In this document: piece by piece, positions 9,111 through 19,365 of the stretch
How the letters are laid out: every line of letters starts with the position of its first letter
Numbering within the stretch: position 1 is the first letter of the stretch
DNA from: Bacteroidetes bacterium GWF2_33_16
GTDB taxonomy: Bacteria; Bacteroidota; Bacteroidia; Bacteroidales; UBA12077
DNA: 64,000 nt
Direction of reading: 5' to 3'
Assembly (NCBI GenBank): GCA_001768565.1
Contig: MEOE01000011.1
Coordinates: 9,373-73,372 of the forward strand
Made by a program: the position numbers and the translations under genes
Notes under the pieces: generated by a model
Database searches by the model: none
Told to the model about the DNA's origin: nothing
The model's input: only the letters and a program-made list of their open reading frames with translations

Positions 9111-12100
9111 ATGAAAATTCCCAAATTAGCAATAAGTAATTACCAGTTTACAATTATATTGTTTGTCTTAGCAACATTGTTTGGAGTTATATCCTATTTA
9201 ACAATGCCAAAATCGGAAGATCCATACGTTGAATATCATACCACTTCTGTATTGGTAATAAATCCGGGCTGTTCGCCAGAAGATATGGAAACTCTTGTTG
9301 CTGATCCTTTGGAAAAAGCTTTTAATGAGATTGAAGGAATAAAGAAAATTACTTCTGAAATTTCTGATGGATTATTCTTTTCGTTTGTTGAGTTTGAATA
9401 TGGCGAAGATTACGATAAAAAACATCAGGAAGTTTTACAAAAGATTAATGAAGTAAGAAATGAGTTGCCTTCAACCATAGTTAGACTTGAGGCATTGCAG
9501 CCTTCCATTTTGGGTGTTTGTATTTACCAGTTGGCATTCGTTTCAGAAGGTGCTTCGTCGGCCGAACTTAAAAAGTATGCTGAAGACCTCAAAAAAATAA
9601 TTGAAAAAGGATACGGAGTTCGAGCTGTCAACCTTGATGCTGAACAGAATCTTGAAGTTCAGATTGCACTTGATATGGAACGAATGGCATCATATAATAT
9701 ATCTATTGGTCAGGTTATTTCTATTTTGCAAAGCGAAAATTTAAGTATTCCTGGCGGGAGCATTGATTTGGGAAATAAAAAATTTAGTGTTTTAACCAGT
9801 GGATTATATAAATCACTGGACGATATTGGAAATACTGTTATAAACTCAGGCCCCGAAGGTATTCTAAGACTTAAAGATATTGCAGTTGTTAAGTTCGATT
9901 ACGAAAATACCGATGTAATCGCTCGATTAAATGGAAAAGAAGCTGTTTGGTTGTCAGTTGAACAGAAAAACAATATGAATATTTATACAATTTCTGAAAA
10001 CATAGATAAAGCAATAGATGAATTTAGAAAAAATGTACCTGAAAATATTAGTATCGAAACAGTTCTTAAACAAGCCGATGGTGTGAGCGATAGAGTTAAT
10101 AATTTCTTTATGAACTTGTTGCAAGGCGTGCTTTTGGTTGGTATAATAATTTTTATGGCAATGGGTTTACGATCCTCATTAATTATTATGATTGCTATTC
10201 CTGTTTCAGTTTTTATTGGTATTGGATTAATTGATATATCAGGATACGGTATTCAACAGATGACCATAGGCGGATTAATCATTGTTCTTGGTATGCTTGT
10301 AGATTCAAGTATTGCTATGGTTGAGAATATTTACCGATATATAAATAAAGGATTAAAACCTATTGATGCTGCTATTAAAGGGGCACAGGAAATTGGAACT
10401 GCTCTTATTAGTTCAACAGTTACAACAGTATTGGCATTTGCTCCAATGTTAATGATGGGTAATGATGTTGGCGATTTTATTCGAAGTATGGTTTTAATTG
10501 TAATTTATACTTTATCAGCTTCATTGGTAGTAGCGCTTTGTCTTACTCCATTTTTAAGCAGTATTATTCTGAAAAAAGGAAAGGAAAAAGAAAAAGCTTC
10601 TGCATTGAATCGATTTATAGATAATTATTATGCAAAATGGTTAATAGGTGCACTAAGCCGTCCAAAACTAACTGTTAGTATTAGTGTATTAATATTTATT
10701 TCATCTGTTTCATTGCTCCCATTAATTGGAGTTAGCTTCTTTCCTAAGGCAGAAAAAAGCCAATTAATGATAACAGTTAAGGGCATTGAAGGAACCAATT
10801 TAGAAAACACAAAAAAAGCCATACAATATGTTGAGTCTGTTATTGATACTATTCCTGAAGTACAGAAAATTGCTTCTACCATTGGTGAGGGAAATCCACA
10901 GGTTTATTATAATATGTTACAACCAAATCCTGCAGCAAACCTGGGTCAGGTATTTGTAATACTCGATAATTCTGCATTAAAATCAATGGAAAATAGGATT
11001 TCTGATTTACGTTCAGTATTTAATAATTATCCGGGTGCTAAAATTGAAGTTAAAGAATTTGTTCAAGGGCCACCTGTTGATGCTCCTGTTCAAATACGTT
11101 TATTTTCAGAAAACCTTAACGATTTAAAAAATGTAGCAGTAATTGTTGAAAATATCTTTAAGAATACTCCTGGCCTAATAAATATTAATAATCCTTATGC
11201 TGTTGATAAAACTGATCTAAAAGTTAAAATTAATCGCGAAAAAGCGGGTAGACTGGGAGTTAATGTTGCCGATATTGATTATATAGTTCGTGCTACTGTA
11301 AATGGCATAGGAATTGGAATTTATCAGGATAAATTTGGAGATAAATACGATATGGTAATTAAATCAGATCAACAAGTATCAAATAATTTAGATTGGTTTG
11401 AAAAGGCTTATGTTAAAACATATGCTGGAGTGCAGGTTAAGTTATCACAGATTGCCGATATTGAGTTTGATAAGAGTAATAAACAGATCGATCATTATAA
11501 ATTAGATCGCTATGTATCTATTAATGCCGATGTTGATGAGTCGATTCAATCAATTGATGCTGCTACAAAGCAAGTTGTAGCTCAATTAAACAAAACAGAA
11601 TTACCTGTTGGAACTACATTTATGGTCGGCGGTGAACAAGAAAGCCGAAACGATAGTTTTGGCGGATTAGGTAAAGCATTATTAATAGCATTGCTCGGAA
11701 TCTTTGCAGTATTGGTTTTACAATTTAAATCATTTAAACAACCTTTAATTATTTATACAGCAATTCCGCTGTCAATTACCGGAGCATTTGTCACGCTTTT
11801 GGCTTTAGGTTACTCTTTTTCATTTATGGCCTTTGTAGGTTTAACAAGCTTAATGGGAATTGTTATTAATAGTAGTATAATTTTGGTCGATTATGCAAAT
11901 CAGCTAAAAGCTGAAGGATTAAATACGTACGATGCAGTTATGGAATCGTCAAAAACAAGGTTCACTCCAATATTATTAACCACCATAACAACTGTGGCAG
12001 GTTTGTTACCGCTAACTGTTTTTGGAGGTAGCATGTGGGCTCCAATGGGATGGGCAATTATTGGAGGACTATTATTTTCTACATTACTCACTTTAATATT

Positions 12101-12158
12101 GGTACCTGTTTTATATCTTATGGTTTCAAATGAAAAAAAGAAATTAACTGCTGAGTAA
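9111..12158 (+). CDS. RND efflux transporter permease (AcrB/AcrD/AcrF family)
   Basis: 1015 aa, two-repeat 12-TM layout, GMLVDSSIAMVENI and RFTPILLTTITTVAGLLPL motifs. Confidence 0.93.
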   Translation: MKIPKLAISNYQFTIILFVLATLFGVISYLTMPKSEDPYVEYHTTSVLVINPGCSPEDMETLVADPLEKAFNEIEGIKKITSEISDGLFFSFVEFEYGEDYDKKHQEVLQKINEVRNELPSTIVRLEALQPSILGVCIYQLAFVSEGASSAELKKYAEDLKKIIEKGYGVRAVNLDAEQNLEVQIALDMERMASYNISIGQVISILQSENLSIPGGSIDLGNKKFSVLTSGLYKSLDDIGNTVINSGPEGILRLKDIAVVKFDYENTDVIARLNGKEAVWLSVEQKNNMNIYTISENIDKAIDEFRKNVPENISIETVLKQADGVSDRVNNFFMNLLQGVLLVGIIIFMAMGLRSSLIIMIAIPVSVFIGIGLIDISGYGIQQMTIGGLIIVLGMLVDSSIAMVENIYRYINKGLKPIDAAIKGAQEIGTALISSTVTTVLAFAPMLMMGNDVGDFIRSMVLIVIYTLSASLVVALCLTPFLSSIILKKGKEKEKASALNRFIDNYYAKWLIGALSRPKLTVSISVLIFISSVSLLPLIGVSFFPKAEKSQLMITVKGIEGTNLENTKKAIQYVESVIDTIPEVQKIASTIGEGNPQVYYNMLQPNPAANLGQVFVILDNSALKSMENRISDLRSVFNNYPGAKIEVKEFVQGPPVDAPVQIRLFSENLNDLKNVAVIVENIFKNTPGLININNPYAVDKTDLKVKINREKAGRLGVNVADIDYIVRATVNGIGIGIYQDKFGDKYDMVIKSDQQVSNNLDWFEKAYVKTYAGVQVKLSQIADIEFDKSNKQIDHYKLDRYVSINADVDESIQSIDAATKQVVAQLNKTELPVGTTFMVGGEQESRNDSFGGLGKALLIALLGIFAVLVLQFKSFKQPLIIYTAIPLSITGAFVTLLALGYSFSFMAFVGLTSLMGIVINSSIILVDYANQLKAEGLNTYDAVMESSKTRFTPILLTTITTVAGLLPLTVFGGSMWAPMGWAIIGGLLFSTLLTLILVPVLYLMVSNEKKKLTAE

Positions 12159-12215
12159 GTTTTACAGTATTTTAATAATAATTTTTTGTTAATTTGATAT
12201 AGAAAATTTTACATT

Positions 12216-13337
12216 ATGAAATTAAACTGGCAAACATTTAAGTGGCTTGCAATTGTAGGTTCATTACCTCCATTATATTTTCATCTAAGGGCATTGGTTT
12301 TAAAAGAATATGTGACTACAAATACAGCTAGTGATTTTATTTTCTGGCTTGTAATTTCAATTTTTGTTACCATTGTTTTATCTGTTATTGTATTTATTGA
12401 GATTGACTGGCTTCAAAAAGTTCTTCCCTGGAAAAAGTATGTTGCACGAAGAATAATTGCAGGAGTTTCTCTAACATTTTTTACTGTAATGGTAGGAATG
12501 CTTATATTATCAAAATTCACATATGGCATGCATTGCAAAATGTTTCCCGAAAAGTTAACATATACACATCACTTATTCGAAGAATTAACAACAGGTATGG
12601 TGCTTTGGGCAATTTTGGTGAGTGTAAATGAAGGAGTATATTTTTTTAATCAATGGAGAGATGAATTGGTCTTATCCCAAATACTTCAAAAGGAAAAAGT
12701 AGAATCGCAACTCGAAGCTTTACGTAATCAGGCAAATCCACATTTTCTGTTTAATAGTTTAAACGTCCTATCATCGCTTGTACATTCTGATCCTGATAAG
12801 GCCGAAGAATTTATTAACCAGTTTGCATCTGTTTATAGGTATGTTTTAAATATTCAGGACAAAAATGTTGTAACCCTAAGGGAGGAACTTGAATTTCTGA
12901 AGTCCTATTTGTTTCTTCAGAAAATAAGATTTGTTGAGGGCCTTAATTACAAGATAGATATTGAAGAGAATTTAAAGGATTCTTACATTGTACCATTTTC
13001 ACTCCAAATGCTAGTAGAGAATGCAATAAAGCATAATAGTATTGAAAAGGAAAAACCACTAAATATTCATGTATTTATTAAAGAATATAAAGTTTTTGTT
13101 AAGAATAATATACAATTACGCGAAGACGAAGTTAATTCAAATGGAGTTGGGTTGTCGAACTTACGTCAGCGCTATTTTCATTTGGCGGGTATTATGCCCG
13201 AAATTAGTCAAACAGATTATGAGTTTGTAGTAAATATTCCATTGCTTAAACCCGAAAAGAAAGAAGAAAGCATAAAATACGATCACGATGACTGTTGTAA
13301 TAATAGAAGACGAAAGTTTCGCAGCAGAAAAACTTGA
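12216..13337 (+). CDS. LytS/YehU-type membrane sensor histidine kinase
   Basis: Four N-terminal TM helices; LRNQANPHFLFNSLN H-box; LQMLVENAIKHN; GVGLSNL. Confidence 0.92.
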   Translation: MKLNWQTFKWLAIVGSLPPLYFHLRALVLKEYVTTNTASDFIFWLVISIFVTIVLSVIVFIEIDWLQKVLPWKKYVARRIIAGVSLTFFTVMVGMLILSKFTYGMHCKMFPEKLTYTHHLFEELTTGMVLWAILVSVNEGVYFFNQWRDELVLSQILQKEKVESQLEALRNQANPHFLFNSLNVLSSLVHSDPDKAEEFINQFASVYRYVLNIQDKNVVTLREELEFLKSYLFLQKIRFVEGLNYKIDIEENLKDSYIVPFSLQMLVENAIKHNSIEKEKPLNIHVFIKEYKVFVKNNIQLREDEVNSNGVGLSNLRQRYFHLAGIMPEISQTDYEFVVNIPLLKPEKKEESIKYDHDDCCNNRRRKFRSRKT

Positions 13338-14043
13338 ACGATTATTAAAAGAACTTGATCCGGAAATCAATGTTCTTTCAAAAATTGAGTCAGTTAAAAA
13401 TGCTGTAACATGGTTAAAGTCTAATAATCCAGACCTTATTTTCCTTGATATTCATTTAGCTGATGGGTTGTGTTTTAGAATATTTGATGAAGTTGAAATT
13501 AAAACGCCCATAATATTTACAACAGCCTACGATCAATATGCTATTCAGGCATTTAAAGTAAACAGTGTCGATTATCTTTTAAAACCAATTAATAAGTTTG
13601 ATTTAGCTCAGAGTTACGAAAAATTCAGAACCTATCACCAAAAAGAAAATACACTTGACTATCAAGCCCTAAAAGCTATGATAGGAGATATGAAAGAAAA
13701 AAAATATCAACAGAGATTTTTGGTTGTTCAGGGCGATTCTATTAAAACTGTTATTGTTAGCGATATAGCTTATTTTTTTGCTGATGGTAAATATACATTC
13801 TTAGTTGAAAAAGCAGGAGAACGTTTTTTAATAGATACAACACTTGAACATTTAACTCTTGTTTTGGATCCTGCTAGTTTTTTCAGAATAAACCGGCAAA
13901 TAATAATTAATATTGATAGTATAAAAAAAATGAATACTTGGTTTAGCCGGAGAATTAAACTGGAATTAATCCCTACATTTGAAAAGGAGACTATTGTAAG
14001 TACTGAACGAGTAAAGGATTTCAAAGAGTGGCTAAATCAATAA
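13288..14043 (+). CDS. LytTR-family response regulator
   Basis: IIEDE, LIFLDIHL, FTTAYD, YLLKP receiver motifs; FFRINRQ LytTR domain. Confidence 0.94.
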   Translation: MTVVIIEDESFAAEKLERLLKELDPEINVLSKIESVKNAVTWLKSNNPDLIFLDIHLADGLCFRIFDEVEIKTPIIFTTAYDQYAIQAFKVNSVDYLLKPINKFDLAQSYEKFRTYHQKENTLDYQALKAMIGDMKEKKYQQRFLVVQGDSIKTVIVSDIAYFFADGKYTFLVEKAGERFLIDTTLEHLTLVLDPASFFRINRQIIINIDSIKKMNTWFSRRIKLELIPTFEKETIVSTERVKDFKEWLNQ

Positions 14044-14256
14044 TTATTGATTACTATTTTAATTCTTTATCCAATTAATAATCCCTCTTTCGATACAAAA
14101 TGTCTTATTTTAAATTTCAAGGTAATTAAATTTTGCCTAGACAAGAAGAACAACGTTTTCTGGTTTCCCAATATAATAGCTTTTTAATTAAATAGTTGAA
14201 GAGAAGTTTACATCTTGAAAAGGTCTTGTTGTAGCAACATGAAAGCAAAAAATAAT

Positions 14257-14282
14257 AAAAAAAGCCGCTCTAAGGGAGCGGC
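14257..14282 (-). terminator. Rho-independent terminator of the minus-strand lipoprotein gene
   Basis: GCCGCTC-taagg-GAGCGGC hairpin preceded by an A-tract on + (U-tract on -). Confidence 0.75.
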
Positions 14283-14306
14283 AAATCAAAAAAATATTAA
14301 AGAAAA

Positions 14307-14888
14307 TTACATTTTGCGAATTTTATCTTTTGCTGATTTTACTTCTGAATAATCTATATATACTAAGTTGCCTTTATAATAACCAGTAAGCTTTTTATTA
14401 TCTGATAATGTACAATCAATAGTAATCTCATATTTGGTGTCATTTAACTTAACCTTAACTGTTCCTGCAACAATTTCAATATATCCCAAATCTGTAAAAA
14501 ATGCTGCATTGATTGCAATCTCTCCATAGTAAAATGTTCCAGCGGTTCCCAAAGTATTATTAAAGGTATAAGTCCCTGTGGTTAATTGAGTGCCAGAAGT
14601 TGATAAGAACCAAAGATATATATAAGATCCTGTTCCACTTATATCACCTGTAAGCTCATTTAAAGTAAATTCCTTTGTTAAAAATGTTAAATCAACTTCA
14701 TATACAGATGTAATATCCTTTCCATCACCAATTCCATAGTTTTCAAGTAATCCCTTGGCAATTTTGTAAGTTTTACCATCGTATTTAAAATTATTTTCTT
14801 TTACTGTTTCTTCATCGTCACAAGAAATAAAAGCTATTGAGAAAATAGCTAAAACAATATTGATAAATGTTACGTTAATCTTTTTCAT
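14307..14888 (-). CDS. Hypothetical lipoprotein
   Basis: Lipobox FISC followed by acidic DDEE (Bacteroidota surface-export-like signal); beta-rich body. Confidence 0.75.
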   Translation of the reverse strand: MKKINVTFINIVLAIFSIAFISCDDEETVKENNFKYDGKTYKIAKGLLENYGIGDGKDITSVYEVDLTFLTKEFTLNELTGDISGTGSYIYLWFLSTSGTQLTTGTYTFNNTLGTAGTFYYGEIAINAAFFTDLGYIEIVAGTVKVKLNDTKYEITIDCTLSDNKKLTGYYKGNLVYIDYSEVKSAKDKIRKM

Positions 14889-15034
14889 ATATAGTAATTT
14901 TTTAGAGACCTACTCGTTAGCTTTTCGGCAATCGCTCCCTACTCTTTTTTTGGATTTTGGGGTTTCTCCATCAATTTTATTAGTATAAGATCTTTTCTTA
15001 AACCTAATTTATTATATTTTGTTCAGGATTAAAG

Positions 15035-15634
15035 CTAAATATTAAATGACTTATGATTGATAATTATCTCGTTTTTAAGCCATATCCATAAAAAGAAATA
15101 AACAATAATAAATACTAATATACAAAAAATAAAAAATGGTAGGGCCTTCTCCGGTTTAATTTTAATCATTTTTCGAAAACCAAAGAAGAATATATAAATA
15201 CAGTAAAGATTTAAAAAGCTTACCATTCTGCTCATAGCAGGAGATATATTTAAAATGCTAATGGTAATAATTGCAGTAAAGGAGTAAGTTATTAATTCAA
15301 ATACTTTATTGAACGATTGAGTCGCTTCGAATTTTTTGGCAAAGAATTGAATTATCCAGGCAACTATGTAAATACTAATAACAGTTACAAGATAATAGTA
15401 AGCAAAGAGTTTTAGCCCAAGAGTAAATGATGTTGCTAAACCTACAAACTGAACTCTGTACCCAATAAGTGAATAACCAATAAAACCTACTAATGCAGGT
15501 ATCAGGGCTAGATACACTATATAATCTTTAATTAATATCTTATAATGGTTATTTTCTAATGAGATACTTTCCCATTCAGCTTTTGGATTAATAATAATTG
15601 ATTTTGCTCTTTCTAAACTTGATTTATAATTCAT
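15035..15634 (-). CDS. Yip1-family membrane protein
   Basis: RAKSIIINPKAEWESI N-terminus followed by five TM helices. Confidence 0.8.
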   Translation of the reverse strand: MNYKSSLERAKSIIINPKAEWESISLENNHYKILIKDYIVYLALIPALVGFIGYSLIGYRVQFVGLATSFTLGLKLFAYYYLVTVISIYIVAWIIQFFAKKFEATQSFNKVFELITYSFTAIITISILNISPAMSRMVSFLNLYCIYIFFFGFRKMIKIKPEKALPFFIFCILVFIIVYFFLWIWLKNEIIINHKSFNI

Positions 15635-15808
15635 TTAATTGTATTGTTTTGGTATTAAGGCTAATAATAACCTTTTGAATAGAATTGATAAAGCTTAAAA
15701 TTATATATAAAATTAGTACAATTAGTAAAAACATTAAAATAAACATTTCCATTTTGATTTACATAATTAAGTGTATGATTATACTATAAAAATAGTGATC
15801 AATATGAG

Positions 15809-15879
15809 TTGACAAACAATTATATAATCCTTATCTTTAGTATTCTATCCAATTTTCTTTATTAATAAAAAAGGAGGTT
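15809..15879 (+). promoter_or_regulatory. Sigma70-type promoter (TTGACA-17-TATCTT) and canonical Shine-Dalgarno AAGGAGGT of the dodecin gene
   Basis: TTGACA 15809-15814, 17-bp spacer, TATCTT 15832-15837; AAGGAGGT 15871-15878. Confidence 0.55.
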
Positions 15880-15882
15880 ACT

Positions 15883-16098
15883 ATGCCCGAAACTGTTTAC
15901 AAAATTATTGAACTGGTTGGTACAAGTACCGAATCATGGGAAAAAGCTGCCGAAGCCGCTGTAAAAAAGGCTGCTGAAAGCTTGCGCGATTTGCGTATAG
16001 CTGAAATCTCTCAACTCGACATGCATATAAAAGATGGTAAAATTGAAGCCTATAGGGCAAAAGTTAAAGTATCATTTAAATACGAGGGGCATGGTTAA
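15883..16098 (+). CDS. Dodecin-family flavin-binding protein
   Basis: VYKIIELVGTSTESWEKAA...LRDLRIAE...YRAKVKVSFKY. Confidence 0.9.
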   Translation: MPETVYKIIELVGTSTESWEKAAEAAVKKAAESLRDLRIAEISQLDMHIKDGKIEAYRAKVKVSFKYEGHG

Positions 16099-16120
16099 TA
16101 AAACAGTAGATTTTTAATTT

Positions 16121-16170
16121 ACCGCAAAGGTTAAATATTGGGGTTTTACTTTTTATTTGATCTTTGCGGT
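16121..16170. terminator. Long hairpin between convergent genes (likely bidirectional terminator)
   Basis: ACCGCAAAGGTTAAATA ... TATTTGATCTTTGCGGT stem with G-U pairs. Confidence 0.55.
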
Positions 16171-16183
16171 TATATTTTACAAT

Positions 16184-16735
16184 TTATTCTTCTGTATCTA
16201 CTTGTCTTATAAGTTTGTTTTTTCCGTAGGTAGCATATTCTTTGCCAGGAAAATATAATTCGAAAATTGTCTCCATTTCCATCTCGTTAATTCTTTTTAT
16301 TGTAAATTTTGCTTTGCTTCCAATAACAAAATTCTCCATTAGTTCTGTTTCAAAAATCAAAAGATTATCATTTGATAAAGAATCATTAAGCACATATTGA
16401 TTATAATATCCCTCATTATTAAACTGACGGTAAATATATTTACCATTATGTTTATCGAAACTAATAATTCCCCAATCATCATGTATTTCACCTTCTGGTT
16501 TCTTTGGTGTTGGAGTAAATTCTGAATGGTGATTTACTTCAATATATTTGCCATCCAAAACAAAATTATAACTAGCAACTATTTCAGATTTACTATTACC
16601 AAATCCGGTTCCACTTCCATTCCAATAACCAATTATAAAATTGAATCGGTTCCACTGAATATCTTGGGCATCTACTGGTTTTAAACCCATAAAAAATAAA
16701 AGAAATATAAGCAAGGTAATTTTAAAATTATTCAT
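16184..16735 (-). CDS. Hypothetical exported protein (possible nitrobindin/lipocalin-like beta-barrel)
   Basis: Signal peptide; FIIGYWNGSGTG start resembles the GxWxGxG motif of nitrobindin-like barrels. Confidence 0.6.
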   Translation of the reverse strand: MNNFKITLLIFLLFFMGLKPVDAQDIQWNRFNFIIGYWNGSGTGFGNSKSEIVASYNFVLDGKYIEVNHHSEFTPTPKKPEGEIHDDWGIISFDKHNGKYIYRQFNNEGYYNQYVLNDSLSNDNLLIFETELMENFVIGSKAKFTIKRINEMEMETIFELYFPGKEYATYGKNKLIRQVDTEE

Positions 16736-16742
16736 AGCAGAT

Positions 16743-18638
16743 TTATAAGGATTTTACTATTGTTAATTTATTTAGGTTTAGTCTTTCATTAAATGACTGA
16801 ATAATTGCTTTTAGTTTATTTTCCATAATCACCTGATTATCGTTGTTTAATATATTATTTCTTAATAAACTGTCGGTTTCGATATTATATAAGCCAATAC
16901 TTTTATTTCCATCAAAATGCAAAACGTAATTATCACTAATAAATTGATAAATCCCACTAATATAATTCACAGCAAAGTGATCGATGGAATCATTTAATAA
17001 ACTATTTCCATAGCAAACAAATTGCTCATTATAACCCACATAATCAATTATTGAAGGAAATATATCTGTTTGTTGAGCAACAATATCACTTTTACCTTTG
17101 AAAATTGAATCGGAATTATGAAAAAAAAGTAATGGAACAAGATATGATCCGTATTTAGTATTATAAAATGTAGATTCGGATTGGGCTGTATGATCCGAAG
17201 TAATTATAAATAATGTATTCTCAAACCAATCTGAGCTTTTTGCGATTTCGAAAAATTTTTGAAGTGAGAAATCTGTATAACCAATGCTTTCATGAATGTT
17301 TAAACTACCTTTTGGAAATTTGTCTTTATATTTTTCTGGTACTTTGTATGGATGATGAGATGAAAGTGTATATACCGAAGTAAAAAATGGTTGATTGAAT
17401 TTGTCCAACGTATTTTTAAAGAAAATCAGGAACTCTTCATCCCAAATACCCCAATTACCATCATAATCTGCCGCATTATTATATTCATTCATGCCATAAT
17501 ATTTATCGAATCCGGCCAAATTTGCAAAATCGTTAAAACCCATGGTTCCGTTTTTCCCACCATGAAAAAAGGCTGAATTATATCCAAGTTCTTTTAAAAT
17601 ATTTGCAGCCGAATTTATCTTATTTGAGCCATATTTCGATGTAATAAATGCTCCATCGGTGAGTGCAGGAATACCTGCAAATATTGAAGGCATTGATTCA
17701 ATAGATCTTTTTCCATTTGCAAAAGCTTGGGTAAATACAAGGCTTTGGTTCATCAGCGAATCCAGAAACGGGGTATATCCTATACCGTTATTTAATGCAC
17801 CAATATATTCGCTCGAGAAACTCTCTAAAATTATTACAACTACGTTAGGTTTTTTTGTTTTGGCAGATGATACTTTTATCATAGGAGAATATATAGAATC
17901 AAGGGTAGCCTGATCGAAGTACTTATGCATTTTCGTTTTCTTGCTTCCCAGGGTTTTCATTATTGTAAATGGCGAATTTAAAACCAGTGGGATATTTTTG
18001 GCTTCAGTATATTGGGCTGCATGAATTACTCTTAGAGGTTTAAGTTGAAATCCACCACGACCACCAACTAATCCCAAACCCATAAGCAAAACAAAAATAA
18101 TTGATTGATAAATGTAATGTGATTTGTGATTAAGGGTTTTTATTTTTTCCTTTTTTAGTTTTGGATAAAAAGTAACCAGTATAATTACAAAGCCAATCCA
18201 GATAATAAGAAGATACCAAAAATCAGCAATAAATTGAGGTAAAAGCGTAATAAAATCTTCGCCTAACCATTGTTTTGTAAAAATATCGGCAGTTAAACGT
18301 TTGTTTTCAAATTCAAAAAATTTGGTATCAATTACGTTGGTCGAAAGTAGTAAAATATTTATGGTAATAAAAAGACCAAACAATAAGTTTTGGTAGTGCA
18401 TATGGTTTTTAAACTCTCCAGGAATAAGGCTAAATAGAATAAAGAGTATATTGAAATAGAAAATTGATGAGATATCAAATCGTATTCCAACAAATAATAT
18501 TTTTAACAAATGAAAAAAGGGAACATTAAAATAGTTTATATTGAAAAGATAAAAAATCAATCGTGATATACTAAAAATAAGCAGTAACAATAAAACACGC
18601 CAAAGAAACAGCCGAATATGATAGTAGTAATTTTTCAT
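16743..18638 (-). CDS. LTA synthase family / sulfatase-like membrane protein
   Basis: Five N-terminal TM helices; PNVVVIILESFS, ANGKRSIE, TLSSHHPY, ITSDH. Confidence 0.88.
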   Translation of the reverse strand: MKNYYYHIRLFLWRVLLLLLIFSISRLIFYLFNINYFNVPFFHLLKILFVGIRFDISSIFYFNILFILFSLIPGEFKNHMHYQNLLFGLFITINILLLSTNVIDTKFFEFENKRLTADIFTKQWLGEDFITLLPQFIADFWYLLIIWIGFVIILVTFYPKLKKEKIKTLNHKSHYIYQSIIFVLLMGLGLVGGRGGFQLKPLRVIHAAQYTEAKNIPLVLNSPFTIMKTLGSKKTKMHKYFDQATLDSIYSPMIKVSSAKTKKPNVVVIILESFSSEYIGALNNGIGYTPFLDSLMNQSLVFTQAFANGKRSIESMPSIFAGIPALTDGAFITSKYGSNKINSAANILKELGYNSAFFHGGKNGTMGFNDFANLAGFDKYYGMNEYNNAADYDGNWGIWDEEFLIFFKNTLDKFNQPFFTSVYTLSSHHPYKVPEKYKDKFPKGSLNIHESIGYTDFSLQKFFEIAKSSDWFENTLFIITSDHTAQSESTFYNTKYGSYLVPLLFFHNSDSIFKGKSDIVAQQTDIFPSIIDYVGYNEQFVCYGNSLLNDSIDHFAVNYISGIYQFISDNYVLHFDGNKSIGLYNIETDSLLRNNILNNDNQVIMENKLKAIIQSFNERLNLNKLTIVKSL

Positions 18639-18926
18639 TTAAAAGTTTCTTTACAAATTGCGCTTTTATACCAGTTTGCAAAAATAGCTACTCATTTCAA
18701 TTTCACCAAATTAAAGCAAATGGATTATAAATACGATATTCGAACAAAATATTAGTATAATATTTTGGCTATCAGTATAATGATTCATATATTGCTATGT
18801 TGAGTCGAAAAAAAACAGAATTATTTTTTTTTATGTTAAAGAACAACTAAGTTTAATGGTATTTTAATCAAGAATAATTAGTCTGTTTTATTGATTATAA
18901 ATACTTTTGCAAAAAAATAACTACTT

Positions 18927-19337
18927 ATGAGTATATCACATATTGAACATATCGGTATTGCTGTGAAAAACCTCGATGATACAATAAAATATTATGAACA
19001 AATTTTAGGATTAAAATGCTATAATATTGAAGAGGTAAAAGATCAGAAAGTGAAAACTGCTTTTTTTAAAGTGGGACAAACTAAGATAGAACTATTAGAA
19101 TCAACTGATCCTGAAGGCCCAATAGGCAAGTTTCTAGAAAAAAAGGGCGAGGGGATTCATCATATTGCATTTGCAGTAAAGGGAATAGAAGATCAACTGC
19201 AACAAAGCGAAGGTAAAGGAGTTCAATTAATCGATAAAACTCCACGTAAAGGAGCCGAAGGACTTGATATAGCTTTCTTGCATCCAAAATCTACATTTGG
19301 AGTATTAACTGAATTTTGCGAAGATAAAAACCAATAA
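18927..19337 (+). CDS. mce: Methylmalonyl-CoA epimerase
   Basis: [38 protein letters not shown]; TACTTTTG -7 motif at 18902-18909. Confidence 0.95.
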   Translation: MSISHIEHIGIAVKNLDDTIKYYEQILGLKCYNIEEVKDQKVKTAFFKVGQTKIELLESTDPEGPIGKFLEKKGEGIHHIAFAVKGIEDQLQQSEGKGVQLIDKTPRKGAEGLDIAFLHPKSTFGVLTEFCEDKNQ

Positions 19338-19365
19338 TATTGGACAATATAAAACGAATTTAAAA

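Noticed and set aside
14050-14240. Possible pseudogene fragment on the minus strand (ends ...FCIERGIINWIKN*, faintly rhodanese-like)
   Set aside because: Several in-frame stops and too little similarity to support a call without a database search.
14915-14945. GGGAGCGATTGCCGAA resembles part of a lysine riboswitch
   Set aside because: The other conserved elements and the required length are missing, and the downstream gene is unrelated to lysine metabolism; kept only as an unassigned leader.
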